This document shows positions 13,826 through 25,910 of a stretch of 64,000 nt of DNA, piece after piece; position 1 is the stretch's first letter, and each line of letters begins with the position of its first letter. Source of the DNA: Monocercomonoides exilis PA203 (taxonomy: Eukaryota > Protista > Preaxostyla); assembly GCA_001643675.2 (NCBI GenBank), contig LSRY02000007.1:1736001-1800000 (forward strand), given 5' to 3'. The translations under genes and the position numbers were made by a program. Below the pieces are notes generated by a model. The model saw only the letters and a program-made list of their open reading frames with translations, was not told where the DNA came from and searched no databases.

Positions 13826-14536
13826 CGTGTGCAAATTAGCTTCCAGTTGCTAGAAAATTTGGTCAATATACAGAAAAGGAATTTCAAAGGATTAATCACT
13901 GGAGAAGAATCGTTTTTCTTCAAAAGATATAATTCGGATTACGAATGGAGAAAAGATAAATCTGAAACATTAACTGTTGCGATTTTCACGTTTTCAGATT
14001 AGGAAAACATGTTCATTATATTTAATTCGGTTCATGGGTTGTTTTTTCTCAACATTCTTCCAGAAAAAACAAAAATGAATGATGAATATTTTGTGAATTC
14101 TGTTATAAACCATACATGCCAGATACGTGACGAGAAGTCTTTTGTTTCACCAACGGATTTGTTCATTCATTTTTATAACGCTCGTCCTCACATAACTTCA
14201 GTTTCAAAGTATTTTGCAGAAGAAAATCATTAAATATTCTTTCGCATCCGCCAAATTCACCTGATATTGCACCATGTAATTTTTCTCTATTCGGATTCAC
14301 AAAGCAAGCTTTGAAGGGAAAAAGAATTTCTAATTCAGATAAATTGGAAAAAGAAATTAATGAATTCTTCAATCTTTATAGTTCGAAATGATTATTCGAG
14401 TTTTAAATAGTTGGATAAAGCGATTTCAGTTTATCACAACACATAATGGAGATTATTTTTATGAATAATTATTCTTTTAAACATCAATTTTTATTCCGTT
14501 TTTAATTTTTTAAACAAAATATTTATGACCACACAA
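13340..14536 (+). mobile_element. Degenerate mariner element with pseudogenised transposase
   Basis: Across frames: RWVPYSL, ITGEESFF, FIHFYNARPH, HPPNSPDIAPCNFSLFG, matching mariner WVPxxL, TGDE, HDNARPH, HPPYSPDLAPSDF. Many stops and a 59-nt A run (13765-13823). Degenerate TA-flanked TIRs (tagggtagtcc..attttgt / acaaaatatttatgaccacacaa); ~1.2 kb. Confidence 0.8.
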
Positions 14537-15061
14537 TATGTGGCTGATCCTTTTTGAAATCACACTTTTGTTAGAGTTTCGATAAATATTTTTATCTTTA
14601 TGGGATTTTTGATAAAAATTTGTTTTTGCGATAGCAACATCATAAACAACGTGTATTATCAGTTTTGTTCAATTAATCAAAATCCCATTGAGATTAAAAT
14701 TTTGATCAAAAATAGAACGAAAGTATGATTTCAAAAAGAATCAGCCATGTATTTTTTTCTGAACAAACTTGAATGTTTTTAAATTTCAAAATGATATGTG
14801 TGATAGATTTTTCACGAACAAAAAAAGATAAAAATAAAAGAAAGAAAAGAAAAAGAAAAGAATCAAAAAAGAAAAGAAACAGTTGCCACAAGAATTAAAA
14901 ACCGATCATCATTCTCTTTTGACATTTCCATGATCATGTGAATAATTGAACCATTTATTCATGCTTGCGCACTCCAGTAACATGACGTGTTGTTGATCGT
15001 TTATTCTGAAGATTTATGGTGATCTGTTCTTTCATTATTTTTGGGAAAATACATGCGATTT

Positions 15062-15420
15062 GGGACGAAAATTTAAGCTTTATGTATTTTGTTCCTCACC
15101 GTTCTTTCAAAGATTTTTTTGGATTTTTTATATTTCTATGTTTAATACTGCAAAATGATGTCAGAATTGAAATAATACGATTGTAGAAAATTTTTGGAAC
15201 AAATCATTGAATTTTTCATAAATGGGACGTAATTTTTTGCTTTATGAATTTTGTTCCATTTTCCTCTTTCAAATATTTTTCTCAAATTTTGGATTTTTCT
15301 GTTATTATTTGCATAGTTTCGTTTGATTTATAATGAAATGAATGTATGAAAAGTTTGGAACAAATCTCAGTTTTTATCATAATTGCAAAAATTTTGTCCC
15401 AAATGCAAGAATTCTGTCCC
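15062..15420. mobile_element. Nested pair of GGGAC MITEs: inner copy 15224-15400 inside outer copy 15062-15420
   Basis: Outer TSD attt/attt (15058-61, 15421-24); inner TSD aaat/aaat (15220-23, 15401-04). Inner copy is 177 bp; outer reconstructs to 178 bp. Confidence 0.85.
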
Positions 15421-15555
15421 ATTTTTGATGTGCATCTTATGAATTTCAAAATAACTTCTCAAAATTTTGATAAAGTAAAAATAAAATAAATCATTCAAAA
15501 TATTACAAAAAAACCTCAAAAATTTTTGTGTTCCAAAAATGACGCTTTGTACCTA

Positions 15556-17035
15556 TTAAATACGAAAAAAAAATTCCTCTACGCGAGAAGGCTTCACAAA
15601 GTTCATTGTTTTATCTCTGAACGACATTTTGCAAAAACTGATAACTGAATCTTCATAACCTTCCTCCTCGAGTCTTCCAAATGTCATCCTTTTTGTTTCC
15701 AATTTTTCTTTTGTTAGCCAAATTGAATTATCTTCCTTCCAAACTTTCTTCCCTTTAAACGTCGCTGATAGATCTAAAAAGAAGATCATGCAACGTCTGA
15801 GCGTCCTGCTTTCATATGTCGATTGGAAAACTTCTATCAAAAAGTAATCAAGCAAACCGCTCTTAAGAATCTCATCAACATATTTAGAGTTTCCTATAAT
15901 CATATCTGAAAATAGTCGAATCCACATATTGCGTGTTCAAACGTGGTTGGTCTTAGATGCTTCACAAAGCTTAACAATTGCAGTCATCAAGTTAAGATTT
16001 TTCCCTTCAACGAAAATTCTGCAATTATAAATATATCTATCAAGTGCTTTGTTCCATCCTTCTAAAATTTTCAGTTCATCTGTTTCTTTTTCCTTCTTCT
16101 TCCAATTCACACATTCTGTAAGTTCTTCCAGTTCTCTTGTTGCTTCTTCCACAAAATGAAGTTCATTCACAATCACGTCTTTCAGCTCTCTTTCAGTTAC
16201 AGCTCTGTTTAACAGGAACAGCCAAGCAGATTGATACGCAAGTTGAGTAAGTTTGCGGTGCATTTGGTGGTATTGGATAATTCCTTTTATCTCATCCAGA
16301 TATTGTTCTTTTCCAAAAGTCTATAAATAGAAATGGTCGAAAAATATATCATAAAATCGCATAAAAAATATATAATTCAAACTACATGGTAATCAATAAA
16401 GCTAATTACTTCTAAACTCATTTCCACCTGTTTCTTGAATTCATCACTTTCTTTTTTTCTTGAAGCAATTTCCAGAAGATAACTAAAAATTTTTGAAAGA
16501 TATTCAATTGGAATATCTGAATGTAAATCATAAAGTATTATATAGCAACGGCAAAGTTGGATGATCATCATTTCATTCTTTCCTTCTTTTTTCTTCGTTT
16601 CATCAATAACAGTTTCCTCAATTTTTAAACGCAACGACGAAACAAAAAATTTGTCTTCCACGGCACCTGTCCGCAAATTGCAGTTGCCTATATGGTTTAT
16701 CAATAAAATGGCATTTTCCCACGTTATTTTATTATCTTCAATCATTGAGGTAATGGTTTCAAAAAATTCGCCAGATAAAACTAATTCCTGTTCATTTCTA
16801 TTCATTTTATCTAGCAATTCATTCAATGCATCAATTTTTCCCCTTTGCTCAGAATCCAAGTGATCCCCTAAATGAGAAAACATATCTTCAAAAAGGAACA
16901 AGAAACGTAACAAAATAAAAAGTGAAAAATATCAAGGGGGAAAAATGTCAGTGAGATTATCAAATATTTGTTAACCCGAAAACATGTCAGTTGTGGATTC
17001 CTGATGTACATCGTAAATTATCCTTGAATCATCCA
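15556..17035 (-). pseudogene. Member of a lineage-specific multicopy helical protein family; one in-frame TGA at 15937-15939
   Basis: ORFs 16377-16913, 15937-16263 and 15556-15927 join through intron 16321-16385 (SFIDYH|TFGKEQYLDEIKGIIQYHQMHRKLTQLAYQSAW) and an in-frame stop (NHV*TRNMW). YQSAW, IVNELHF and LEEEGYED resemble an expanded Monocercomonoides family (from recall). 5' exon uncertain. Confidence 0.6.
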
Positions 17036-17244
17036 TATTCTTTTTTTTTTTGAAATATGTTTGCATAAGATAATTTTAAATTTGAATATTTGGAAAAAAA
17101 AGATAAAAATACCGCAACAACCTTCTGCATACTTGATAAATAATTTTAAGAATTTGAATAAGCTCAAAAAGTGATCAATAATAATGTTGATCATAATATA
17201 ATATAAATATTTTATAAAATGAAATGGAACAAAATATTTGCATT

Positions 17245-19948
17245 AGACCTCATTTTGAATTATTATCTCATTTCTAAAAAGTTTGAAAAAAATATAAAAA
17301 GAAAAATAAATTTTCAAAAAAATCTCGAAAAATTGAAAAAGATTGAATCATTCACGATATAAAAAATGTTGGTATTCAATCACAAAAATTTCATTTAAAT
17401 TAATGGAACTGATCAGATCATTCTTTTAGAAATATTTTTTTTCATGGAACAATCAACATTGCAAAACATTCTTTGTCATGTTGAAAAAAGAATTGCACTT
17501 CCAACACATATTGAAACAGTTTCTACATCAGAGAAAAAATCATTGATTGAAATATCGTTAGAATTGATTAAGGATCCTTTGAATGGATTTTTTCGTCTTA
17601 CTGGATTTTCAAAAAATGAATTTGATATTCTTCTTCAACTTCTCGATCAAGAAATTACTCCGCGTCGAGGAAGAAAAAAATATATCAACAATTTCGAAGA
17701 CCAACTATTTATTTTATTGAATTTTCTTCATCTCGATTCTACAAAAATGACAAGTTATGTTACAAAACCATATTACAATTCTCATTCCGCAGTGATCCAT
17801 TTATTACATGACATTTGTTGCTCGGTAAAACAACCACTTTTGGACTTGCTGTTATCTTTTAGAAATGATCGTGTGAGAGAAATTCAGGATGTGGGATTAA
17901 TTGTAGATTGCACTATTCTACCAATTAACCGACCAAGTGGAAAAATAGAAGACGGAATGAAGTTTTTCAGTGGAAAGCACCATTCATATTGTGTTAAAGT
18001 GGAAGTGGGAGTAAATCCCAAACTTGGAATTGCCAGTACTATCAGCGATATTTTTCCTGGAAGCACACATGATTATGTTGTGTTTCAACATCATTATCCA
18101 ACATTTGAAAACAAATTGGGAAAAGCAAAACTGTTGGCAGACTCAGCTTGCATTGGAGCAAAAACATGGCTAGGTGCATACATTACGAAACCGTGTGGAA
18201 CGCCGGAGTTATCCAAGCACAGGGTAATCATTGAGCGTTTTTTCGGAAGGTTAAAGACGGTCTTTGCTGTATTTCGACAGCATTGGCCATTAAGCATTGA
18301 AGTAGTTGGAGATTTTTTTATTGTTGCTGTTTGTTTAACAAATTTTCATATTTTACAGAATCCTTTAACAGCCTCAGATTTAGAAGCCAATAATATTTTT
18401 TTTGCTGAATTACAAATGGAATATTCACGAAAGCAGAAAGCAAAGAAAGAAGCAAATCAGAAGTATTTGGAGAAACAAAGAAATAGATTGAATTCATCAT
18501 CATCGATAACATCATGTACTTCATTATTTCTTAATGACGATTTAGGTTTGTTTTTATTTTTTGACCCATATTGATGTTTAATTCTTTGAAAAAACAACAT
18601 TTTCATCAACAATATACCATTATTAATTTATTTCAGAAGTTCTAATGGAAAGCTGTAACCCATACTCAAGTGCAACTACAAGTGAAAAAGATCAAGAAAA
18701 GAAAAAAAAGATGAAGGTTTGTGAACAAAAAGAAAGAAATAGAGAAGAAAATGAAGATCAAAGAAAAATTGAAAATGAAGACCGCGATCACGAAACCATA
18801 GACTACTCATCTTCATGGCATCTTCCCTTCCAATGGAAATCTGTATGTCTTCATAGAGTTTCATCGCCAACTAATTTTCCAATCACATTTTGCTCATCTC
18901 AATCTTCTTCAACACAACCTTCTTCTACTCAATTAACAGCAACACAACCTTCTTCTACTCAATTAACATCAGAATCTTCTTCAACTCAATTGTCTTCAAC
19001 TTCACAATTGCATTCAAATTTGGAGTCTTCATCAATACACTCGCAACTTCCTTCTCTACCTCTGCAAAACTTGTATTTTCCTTCAAATCTCACTCTTCCT
19101 TCATCTTTATGCACATTTCCTCCTCAAAATTGTAACTTACAATCATCTTTGAATTCCACAGCTTCTTCTGGTTCAATTTCCACTCAAAGCAAAACTTCTT
19201 CATCTTAAAATAAAAAATCATTTATTTGAAAAAGAAATCAGAAAAAAGTAAATTGTTTTGATATTTTTGAATAGCAGATTAAGATTTAAAGAGAGTTTAA
19301 TTATTATTTTTTATTCCTTTTGTTTTTGACACTATTATTTCCAAGTTGTTCTTTAGATATTGTTTGTTTCGCACGTCACTCACAAATAAAACAAAAGCTG
19401 TTGCTAAAATTCTTTAAACATTCTTTTTTTTTTATTTATCTTTATATTTTGTGTGATTGAAATGAAAAACATTTCTAATTAACAAAACTTTGACAACATA
19501 AAAAGGATTTCCAAAATTATGTTAAAAATAAGACAAAAAAAGTTATTTGGTGAAATTTGATATGAGAGGAAAATAAAAAAAGAAAAACAGATATAATTCA
19601 TGTTAATGAAACATTTTAATATTCCATCCTCACCTTGCTTTTGAACAATTTAAAAAAGTTTCAAGAATCGAATCAAACAAACAGAAACAATAAAATACAA
19701 AAAGAAACATTTTAATATTGAACAAACAAACCTTTTATTTCATTTTTTTATAGTTTTATTTTGTTTGCAATCATTAATTCCTCAATTAAAAAAATAGCGA
19801 TCACCAAAGCTTTGATCATAAAAATGCATTTAACGGCTGAAAAAAGAAAAGTATATTTCAAAAAAGATTGAGTCATTCGCGAAAAGAAAAATACATTCAC
19901 ATAAGAATAAACAATTCGCAAAAGAAAAACACATTCGAGTATAGGTCT
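17245..19948 (+). mobile_element. PHIS-superfamily (PIF/Harbinger-ISL2EU-like) DNA transposon, 2704 bp, 3-bp TSD ATT
   Basis: Imperfect TIR agacctcattttgaat / attcgagtataggtct; ATT at 17242-44 and 19949-51. Excision restores the MITE consensus gcatttatg. Confidence 0.8.
17444..19208 (+). CDS. DDE_Tnp_4 (HARBI1/ISL2-like) transposase, ~557 aa if intron 18546-18636 is spliced
   Basis: FFRLTGFS..F, RRGRK, EDQLFILL (HTH region); IVDCT, FSGKHH..VK, GSTHD, LADS, RVIIERFFGRLK. A phase-1 GT..AG intron fuses ORF 17444 in frame to the Ser-rich ORF 18645-19208. Confidence 0.85.
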
Positions 19949-20745
19949 ATTTATGAAAAATGCAACTATTTGTTCCAAACTTATTTATCATCGAACTGAA
20001 ATAAGTCTAACATTCCCATGCATAAATATGAAGAAATTAAAAAAAAATATTGAGAAATACGTTAGATAAAATATCGTGGAACAAAATTCATTAAGCAAGA
20101 AATTTCGTCCCAAATGAACAATTCAATCTGTTGCGAAATGGAGTGTTAAGAAAAAATCAAAAAATAATTATTAACAAATAAATCCGAAATAAAATATATG
20201 CAATTTGAATGTTAATGTATTTTTCCATTGAATATGTTTATTTATTCCAAAGACCGCTGTTCATTAAACATTCAAATATAATCCAAATGTTCGAGTGATA
20301 TAATTATATTTTTGTATCCATTATAAATGTTTGAATATGTGAAATAAAAAAGAGAAACAAAAACTGGAGCATAACAAATTCTTTTGAAAGATATTCATAA
20401 AATATTTAGTTGGAAATTTTTGAGAAATAAAGCTTTATAAAATATCATCTGTTTATATGAATTAATTCTTAACTTTGAATAAAGTGACAAAAGTTATGTA
20501 GTGTCAATTTTTCAAATCAGAAAACATATAAATATTGAAATGCAACTGTTATTCAATGATATCATGAAAATCAAATGGATTGAATGAACATAAAATTCAT
20601 AATATAATTTTTTATAAACGGTTATCACACCTTCACAATACATGATAGGTTTTTAAAAACATTCCCATATTTCACTTATTTTCTTTTTTTTGAACCATTA
20701 TATACTATCAATCAAAAATCCGAAAAGTACTTGATCAAAATTCTT

Positions 20746-23397
20746 ATGGCATCACCTTTGCACGTTACAAGCGCTGTTTTTGCAAATGCAGGTAGCAAAC
20801 CTGGATTAGAAATTTGGCGTATAGAAAACATGGAGGCAGTTCCTTGGGATGTGGAACGTTATGGGCAATTTTATGATGGAGACAGTTACATTGTTTTGCA
20901 GGTATTTTAAATTTATTTTATTCTGTTATTCAAAAATAGTTTTATGATTTTGTTATTTTAGACACGTGAATTGAGAAGTGGAAAGTTGGGTTACGATATT
21001 TTTTATTGGTTAGGACTGAAATCTTCTCAGGATGAAACAGGCACAGCCGCATATAAAACGGTCGAATTGGGTGATTCATTGAATGGCTCTGCACCTCATC
21101 ATAGGGAAGTGCAAGGACACGAGTCGGAACAATTTTTGTCTCTTTTCAGAGATGGATTTCAAATCATTGAAGGAGGCATTGATAGCGGATTCCGCCATGT
21201 GGAGCGCGATGGAATTGAACTGAGATTATTCCACGTGAAAGGAAAAAGAAACGTTAGAGTTTCGCGTGTTGATTTGAAAGCATCGTCAATGAACCATGGA
21301 GATGTATTTATTCTTGACTGTGGGAAAACATTATTTGTTTGGCTTGGTAATGGATGCGACAAAGCCGAAAAGGCAAAAGGTTTAGAGGTCGCCCAGAAGA
21401 TTAGAAATGAAGAGAAGAAAGGAGACGCAACCATCGAAGTTTTGGATGATGGAGGAAATGACAAAGAAGAGATCGCAAAACCATTTTGGGATGCATTGGA
21501 GGGCTCTCCAAGCGAAGTTTTGAGCGCCGAAGAAGGTGGAAGCGACGCTGAATTCGAGAAGAATGCTACACAAGCAACAAAGCTTTATTGCATTGAAAAT
21601 GATACACTCTCTCTTGTTGCTAGTTATCCAATAAAACGATCTATGCTTGAAACAGAAAAGATATATGTGATCAACACGTTTGATTCTGTGTTTGTGTGGG
21701 TTGGAAAGAAAGCTGCTGTACAAGCGAAAAAAGAGGCAATGATGAAAGTCCAAAATCATCTTAACGAGCTTGAGAAGCCAATGACTGTTGCAATCACTAG
21801 GGTTGTAGAAGGAGCAGAAATGCCATTATTCAAGGACAATTTTGCTCAATGGGACCCTCCACGCATGTTGGATCCTTCTCGTCAAGGTTATTCCGTTGGC
21901 AAAGTATCATCTGGCCTGAAGCAAGAGAAAGTTGTTTTGTCCGCTGAAAGAGCACAAAAGCTTCATGAGCCAACAATTAAAATGGACGAAGGATCAAAGC
22001 ACGTCCGCGTTGGAAGAATTAACAACTTCCAGCTGGAAGACATTCCCGAAGATCGACATGGTGTATTCTTTGCTGGTGATTCATATGTTGTTGTGCTCCA
22101 ATACAAACTTAACAGGGTTGACAGAGCTGTTGTATTTATGTGGCAAGGAAGAGATTCATCTACAGATGAAAAAGGAGCAAGTGCGTTTATCACAAAGGAA
22201 ATTAGCGCTGATCTTCCAAAGCCTCAGCAAATTCGTATCACTCAAGGTCATGAAACTCCAGATTTTCTGGCTTTATTCAATGGAACATTTGTGGTGAGAG
22301 AAGGAGGTGTTCCAGCCGGATGGAACGCAGTTCAATCTAAGGTTGCAGCAGAAGGAGGAGTTATGGAGACTGAAGAGCAGGCGAGCGAAGTAGCACTGTT
22401 TCATGTGAAGGGATATTCAATCCATGACACGCGAGCATATCAGGAACCCACCGACTGCGGAAACTTGAATAGCGGAGATACATTCGTGTTGTTGACTCCA
22501 GCAAAGGAATATGTGTGGTACGGACGCAATTCAAATGAAGGAGAGAGACAATGCGGGAAAAACATTGCAATGAAGCTGAAAGGAGAAAGAGAAGTGGTTG
22601 AAATGGAAGAAGGAAACGAGCCCGAGGAGTTCTTTGCTGCTCTTGGCGGAAAGAAGGAATATGTTCAACAAGAGGAGGAAGAAGAAGAATTGCCAGAGCC
22701 ACGTCTTTTCCACTGCTCCGATGCTATCGGTGTATTTCGTGCTGAGGAATTGTTCAACTTCTCGCAAGACGATCTTAATGGCGACGATGTGATGATTTTG
22801 GATGCATACGATACTATCTGGGTGTGGATCGGACATGGATGCAACAAGAACGAGATTGAGCAGTCAATGATTGTCGCAAAGGAGTATCTCGAAAGCAAGC
22901 CTGATGGAAGAGATACAAATATTCCAATTGTGCAAGTTAACGAGTTCGAAGAATCTCCTGCTTTCACCCAGCACTTCCCTGGATGGACCCAGAAAGAAGC
23001 TTCAACATTTGTCGATCCTTACCAAGCACGTCTGGAACGCTTGAAAGCTGAGAAAGAAGGAAAAGCACCTGTTGGACAAGGAGTGCTGAAACTTCCTCAA
23101 CTTCGCTCAGTTGGTAACCGTATTAACACTGGAGCCTCGTCTTCTTCCGTTCCTTCATCTGCCCCACCGCCAAAGCCTGCCCCGAGTGTTCCTTCATCGA
23201 CTGCCTCGCCAAAGCCTGCCTCAAGTGGCCCAGTTGAAATTCCAGATCCTTCATCTGTTGGTGATGATCCCACAAAGAGAGAAGCCAAACTCAGTGACGA
23301 AGAGTTTATGAACGTGTTCAAAATGACAAAGGCTGAGTTTTATGCTTTGCCAAAATGGAAGCAAACAAACAAAAAGAAGGAGACCGGATACTTCTAA
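20746..23397 (+). CDS. VIL: Villin (six gelsolin repeats plus headpiece), ~863 aa; intron 20902-20961
   Basis: Exon 1 GLEIWRIE..YGQFYDGDSYIVL; SSQDETGTAAYKTVEL, HREVQGHESEQFLSLF, LFHVKG, LNSGDTFVL, DDVMILD; headpiece LSDEEFMNVFKMTKAEFYALPKWKQTNKKKETGYF. Confidence 0.95.
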
Positions 23398-24863
23398 AAC
23401 GAACTAGCCTTTGATTGCCCTCGTATTAATACATGTTCATCAACAATTTTCTGCTTGTTCTGTTTCTTTTATTTATCTAATTCTTGGTATTTGTTGAGTT
23501 TTATTTTTTTGCATTTATCCGATGCTTTTTTTGATGAACGTAATTGTATCAAAATGTTTGACATTGTTGCGACAGTTCCAATGTTTATTGTGATTGAGTT
23601 GTTTAAAAATAGAATTATTAATTGATTCCATTTTATTCACATGAATTAACAGTTTAAATTTTTTATGTATAGAAAACATTACGACACCATTCCGTTTTCC
23701 TTTATTTATATTTAAAAATTGTTAAATGCTTTAAAACGAGAAATGAGAAGCATACGTTAATAGGATTAAGAATGAAATTCACTCAAAAATGAATTTCGCA
23801 TCACATTACTCTTAAAGAATATGACGCATGTTTTTTGTCTTTCTGAAAAATGTTTTGGATTTGTTTTCGTTTGAGAATCAGTTTTCATTCAAATATCAGA
23901 AATTAATCTTTGGGGGGAAAAAAATTCAATCAACCATTGAAGTTAAAAAAATCAACAAACAACGAATAACTTATTATTGAAAATGAATAATGTCAAATAA
24001 TAAATTAATTTTTGAAGAATAATTTTCTTATTCAAATACTTAAATATCTGTGAATATAAAAGATCATTCTTTATTTAACTTTAAAAATTATTTCTTTTCA
24101 TTTTGATGGTTTTAATAAACAAATTTTTGAAGTTTTATTCATTTTTGTCTTCAAAATAAAACGAACATTTTCATAATTATGTGAAAGGTAATTTTTAATG
24201 AAATATTTTTTCCCTATCGAAATATTCAATTTTAAAATATATATTTCATAACTTTTAATGGACATTTAAAAGAAATGATATTATCTACAAAGAATAAAAT
24301 ATTAATCCATCACAAACATTTGCTTTTATAACGTTTGTAAACCAAAAAATTTGAAAATATTAATATTATTTTTATTGACAAAAGAAATTGAAATAATTTG
24401 CATTTCGAAAAAAATATTGATTTCAACAATAATCACCCAATTAATGTTTGAAATTCTATTAAAGGGTGATTGGTTTTGTAATTATTTCATTTTTTGGGAG
24501 TGTTGATGATTGAAAGGTTTTTCATCTTTTGTTTAAAAATTCGTATTCAAATGTTGAATGAGTCTCTTTTGCAACAAAAGATAAAAGTTTCATTTGAAAG
24601 AAAGATAAGGGTATCTGAAACTGAAGTTGTGACCTTTTTTGATGTTGATAGCAAATATTCGAACTTTAATTTTTGAAAGATTTAACTTATAATTTTAAAA
24701 ATCACACAAATTTTGAGGGAAAAAAAATTAAATAAAAACAAAAAAATAACTGAAATTGTTGAGTGGCAGTGAATGAAAATGAAGTGAAGATATAAATATA
24801 CAAGAGCTCTATTGTTTGATATGCGATAAATGGTGGATAAGTTGGAGATTTTTATTAAAAAAT

Positions 24864-25103
24864 GGGTGATTCTTTTTGAAAAGTCGCAAATGTTTAATTT
24901 TCGAATAAATCAAAAATTTCATATCTCGATCAAATTTCGGTTCCCACTCATGCAACTTCTCCAAAGTGGAGGATATAATTTAACAATCCTATTTAACACA
25001 TTCATGAAAAGTTGCATAAGTGGGAACCGAAATTTGATCAAGATATGAAATTTTTAATTTATTCGAAAATAAAACATTTGCGACTTTTCAAAAAGAATAA
25101 CCC
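24864..25103. mobile_element. 240-bp palindromic MITE, GGGTG family
   Basis: Near-perfect inverted arms of ~95 bp starting gggtgattctttttgaaaagtcgcaaatg; flanks aaat/atgt (imperfect TSD). Confidence 0.85.
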
Positions 25104-25335
25104 ATGTTTTCATAAATAATCACCCATATGAAAATTTTAATAATTTGCCACGATCCAATGTCTGAGATATTTGAAAGGGGAAAATATCTATAAATTGCAT
25201 TAATCCTTTTCAGCACACGTTCTTTCCATTTGAAACAAATTATCAAATCGAAATATTTGATTGAAAAAATATGTTTTCAAAAATGATCACACAATTGCTG
25301 TCTATTAATTTTATTTATAAAATGTTTTTTTGATA

Positions 25336-25692
25336 CAGTTTGTGTAAAAAATACCGGACAAGATCGATATCTCAATAACAGCAAGAAGAAAATTTCTCTA
25401 AAATTTCCACAAAATATATCTCATCAATTCAAACTCACGTGACATACAAGACTTTCATGGCAGCTTCGCTTGAGCTCAGAAAAATTATTTTCAAAATCTA
25501 TGAGTAGTGGGATTTTGAGTCTCTCCGAGATTTTGAAAATAATTTTCTCTGAGTACAAATGAAGCTATTTAGAAAGTCTTGTATGTCAAGTGAGTTTGTA
25601 TCGATGAGATATATTTTGTGGAAATTTTACAGAATTTTTCTTCTTGCTGTTATTGAGATATCGATCTTGTCCGGTATTTTTTACACAAACTG
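25336..25692. mobile_element. 357-bp foldback MITE, Tc1/mariner type
   Basis: ta|cagtttgtgtaaaaaataccggacaagatcg ... cgatcttgtccggtattttttacacaaactg|ta; arms ~165 bp with scattered mismatches; TA TSD. Confidence 0.9.
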
Positions 25693-25788
25693 TACATTTA
25701 ATTGGTGATGGAAGTGAAGAACAATTTTACGTCACCTAGGGTTTGTTTGAAATACAGCAACAACACAAACAAATACAAAAACAAAAAC

Positions 25789-25819
<31 letters not shown>

Positions 25820-25910
25820 CTACAACATCAGAAAATGAATAGAAAACTTGTTTCAAATTAAACTCTTTGAGATTCTGAACTTTTTGAAATGATATACCCA
25901 TTCTTAATTT

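Larger units (their letters stand above)
17226..20111. mobile_element. GGGAC MITE copy (179 bp reconstructed) interrupted by the PHIS element
   Basis: ggaacaaaatatttgc-att-[insert]-att-tatgaaaaatgcaactatttgttccaaac ... aaatttcgtccc; TSD aaat/aaat (17222-25, 20112-15). Confidence 0.8.

Noticed and set aside
17244-19949. Reading the ends as hAT-like tagacct...aggtcta
   Set aside because: No 8-bp duplication; only a 3-bp ATT TSD restores the host MITE, and the transposase is of DDE_Tnp_4 type.
24428-25125. Additional GGGTG ends (24438, 24463, 25125) forming an outer element
   Set aside because: The ends are recognisable but the flanks give no matching TSD, so the pairing cannot be established.
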